Assembly: GCF_031769215.1 (NCBI RefSeq)
Contig: NW_026781912.1
Location: 806,001 to 870,000, forward strand
Direction of reading: 5' to 3'
Length of the DNA stretch: 64,000 nt
Source: Ylistrum balloti
Lineage: Eukaryota
The notes under the pieces are model-generated. The model was given only the letters and a program-made list of their open reading frames with translations. It was not told the origin of the DNA and searched no databases. Below are positions 61,420 to 64,000 of this stretch, in pieces. A program made the translations under genes and the position numbers. Numbering within the stretch: position 1 is the first letter of the stretch; each line of letters starts with the position of its first letter.

Positions 61420-64000
61420 TAATGGTTTCATGGAATAACTTTGTTGACTATTTCAAACGACTTATTTTTCTACATGTGTTATCATTATCTATAAAAAATA
61501 CTTACTTTTAAACGGAATCCATTACGAGGTTAATCACTGTATAAGTACCTCTGGCTTTCCCTCAATATAGATCTAGAAACAGTGACCGAGTAGCTAGTCC
61601 GGTGGTGGGAAAAGGAGGTTCTGCGTTCGAACTCAGGTTTGCCCCTTGCATTTCCCACTTTTCTTCTACGCTATAGAACAAGTTCGATTCTATCATATAT
61701 ATTTCAGGTTCTCTTTCACCAGTAATTTCTTATAAAATGTCCTGTTCGTTCAGAAACGCTGTTAGAAGAATTTAAAAACAAGATTCTGTCATTTTTGAAG
61801 ACTCATGTGATTCCAATATGAAAAGAAAGCTTCATTAACGTGTGATGTTTCAATTTTCTTTCTTTTCCTTTTCACATAATAACGATGCTGTCAGTAGTGT
61901 ACACTGTAACAGCTGTAAGATAAAATGTTTTAAACACAAGTTTAAAAATAAATGACGTGTAGCATTGTGGTTGGCTGAAGGTATCTATTATCTGTTCTCT
62001 TAACTTTTATTTTTTTAGATATTTACTGTAATGTAACAGGCCTATATTGTGAAAACGTCGATATCTTGTTTCAACTTAGTCTTAGATTTTTTTCTTGTAT
62101 ATTTGCAAACTTATTTTGGTAACATGATAAACAGGATCTGGCGTTCGGTTCGATTCTATAGAGTTAAACATTATCACAAAACCATCACTTCGGGAGATAT
62201 CCGCTGATATAAAAAATCACGTCCTTTATTTCCGAACAATCTTTAACTTTTTACTAGAACTGCAAAATGCGGCAATCCAGTAGAGGGGTGTTTATTAAAC
62301 TCGATCACAAACCGGTATATAGAAAATAAAATATACCGATTTAATCAGGAATAAACGGAACGAAATTACATTTTAAAAATACAAGCTGACTTATAGTTAG
62401 CTTGTTAGTAATAAAAACGAGCGATCCGAGACGAGAGGTTTCGTAAACAACGTTCAACTCTTCAGAAAGTGACTGATGGTAATTCAATTTGGGGTAGAGT
62501 AATTCAAACACGAAGAGAATTCATAAACAACTGTCAGTGAAATGCTTGTGACCACTCCACCATACGGAGAGTTATGTCGCGTTTTGTCAGCGTAATCACT
62601 ATAAACATGTTGGTAGGGGGACATGTGGCAAATGTTCATTGAGTCCCAGACAGCCCCTAGGGGCCATACAGTGAAAGAGTAAAGGGACCTAACACATTCA
62701 TTAGCTTCTGCTAGACGGGTCAATACAGTCACGTCACTCCTAATTCCATGATGTATAGCTCAACATCACATACACAAAGTCTTTCAGAGCCAAGGGAACA
62801 CAATCCACCATCTTGGACTCGTATGACTACTTCTAGTGCAGTCATCTTCTCTAAATTACAATTTAAGATATTTCCTGGAGAGCTTCCCTTCAATTCTCAT
62901 CTAAATTAGCACTTGTCCATCCTTTAAGTAGTACGTTAAATTTCTTCACTAAGTTCCGCTGCAGGATTTAAAAGCAAGTTTTCGTTATTTTTGAAATTAT
63001 TGGCGACAATCTGATAGCGAGGAAGTCATAACGAGGCTGGCGTGACGGTACTGTTTTTTATCAATAGGTCATTTCCTGTTGGTGAGCGCTTTGTAATTGA
63101 CTTGAGATTTTCATCAATGTCTAATTTACAAGTCAGCCGAGCCATTGTTCTCGGAGAATTTGTCACCGCCTGTGGCAATGACACCAAAGGTCTAGCTGGT
63201 TGGGATGGGGTTTAAATGGCCTCAACTTCCTGGAATGTCACTTCCAGAAGATTTCATCAAGCATCCAACAAAATTAAATTTTTTTTTTATCAAGGACACT
63301 TTATATATGCAAATGCATTGTTCTTACTCATCTTTATACAATAGGGAAATGCTGACGGACACATTTGTTTACGGAAAACGTCATGTTTTGTTTCATCCTT
63401 CAAAACGGTTTGTCCTTTTATTTCATCTTTTATGTGATAGTAGTCATGGTGACGACAATATGTCTTGACCTCCGTTACAGCAGGTGTATTAAAGTCAGCC
63501 AGTGCAGCGTCAATCCAATCGTTACGTAGAAAACAGCTGTTACAGCTCAGGACGGACGTGAAAAAGACCCAATCTGGGGAAACATCACTCCTATAAAAAT
63601 CATTTTACATTGCTGATTATGAAATAACATTCATGTGATGTCCACTGGTGCTAATTTTGATTACGACCTAACATCCGGGTACAGACAATGTAGATTTAGT
63701 GCATTTGCACTCAGTCGTACGAAAGTTGAGCGGCAGCACGTATAATATTTTCAGTAACAAAAACGTGAATTGAGGAAACTAAGCAAAATAATATCTTTCG
63801 TCATATTATTTCTATGTGAGTGTGCACTGTACATAAGATGTTTGTAAATCCATACTTAACTTGAAAATTTCTCCAAGTGAACAACAGGGGAGAGATATAT
63901 AAGACGCCAGATCTTCTGAATATGGATTCCGTTATGGGGAATTTTAATTGTGGTCAAATTACACAGGTGGTATCTAAATACGGATTCTATAATGATGTTC

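Noticed and set aside
61580-61660. tRNA-like or SINE head upstream of copy B (also ~52055)
   Set aside because: Only degenerate A/B-box fragments; too short to support a call.

Overview
AT-rich animal genomic DNA with spliceosomal introns and two N-gaps. The repeat families and gene content suggest a bivalve mollusc, probably an oyster (inference). Five protein-coding genes can be built from splice signals. RWDD1 (minus, 7 exons, 243 aa) and TRAPPC3/BET3 (plus, 5 exons, 180 aa) are head-to-head, with 285 bp between their ATGs. An achaete-scute-family bHLH gene (minus) probably has 2 exons. Two ~95% identical copies of an unrecognised 3-exon gene (N-terminus MGCTFTK, ~380 aa) lie as a convergent inverted pair at ~10.1-11.6 kb (+) and ~59.7-61.3 kb (-), bracketing the other three genes. 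The ORF track labels the second copy + but it is on the minus strand. The paralogue pair is the most interesting feature. Its promoters have diverged except for two perfect CRE palindromes at identical 25-bp spacing and an invariant 31-bp block. Exon1-intron1-exon2 look homogenised, and the protein has a dual-acylation N-terminus and an RRxS site. Together these suggest a cAMP/CREB-inducible membrane protein pair under gene conversion (hypothesis). The rest is minisatellites (76, 31, 49, 39, 41, 34 and 47 bp units; the 41-bp array and a separate ~71-bp triplication copy real splice sites), tRNA-derived SINEs, MITEs, Helentron-like non-autonomous elements and decayed ISL2EU/Harbinger, DD41D Tc1/mariner and Penelope-like elements, the last with a degenerate hammerhead motif. 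No CRISPR, rRNA or genuine tRNA genes were seen.
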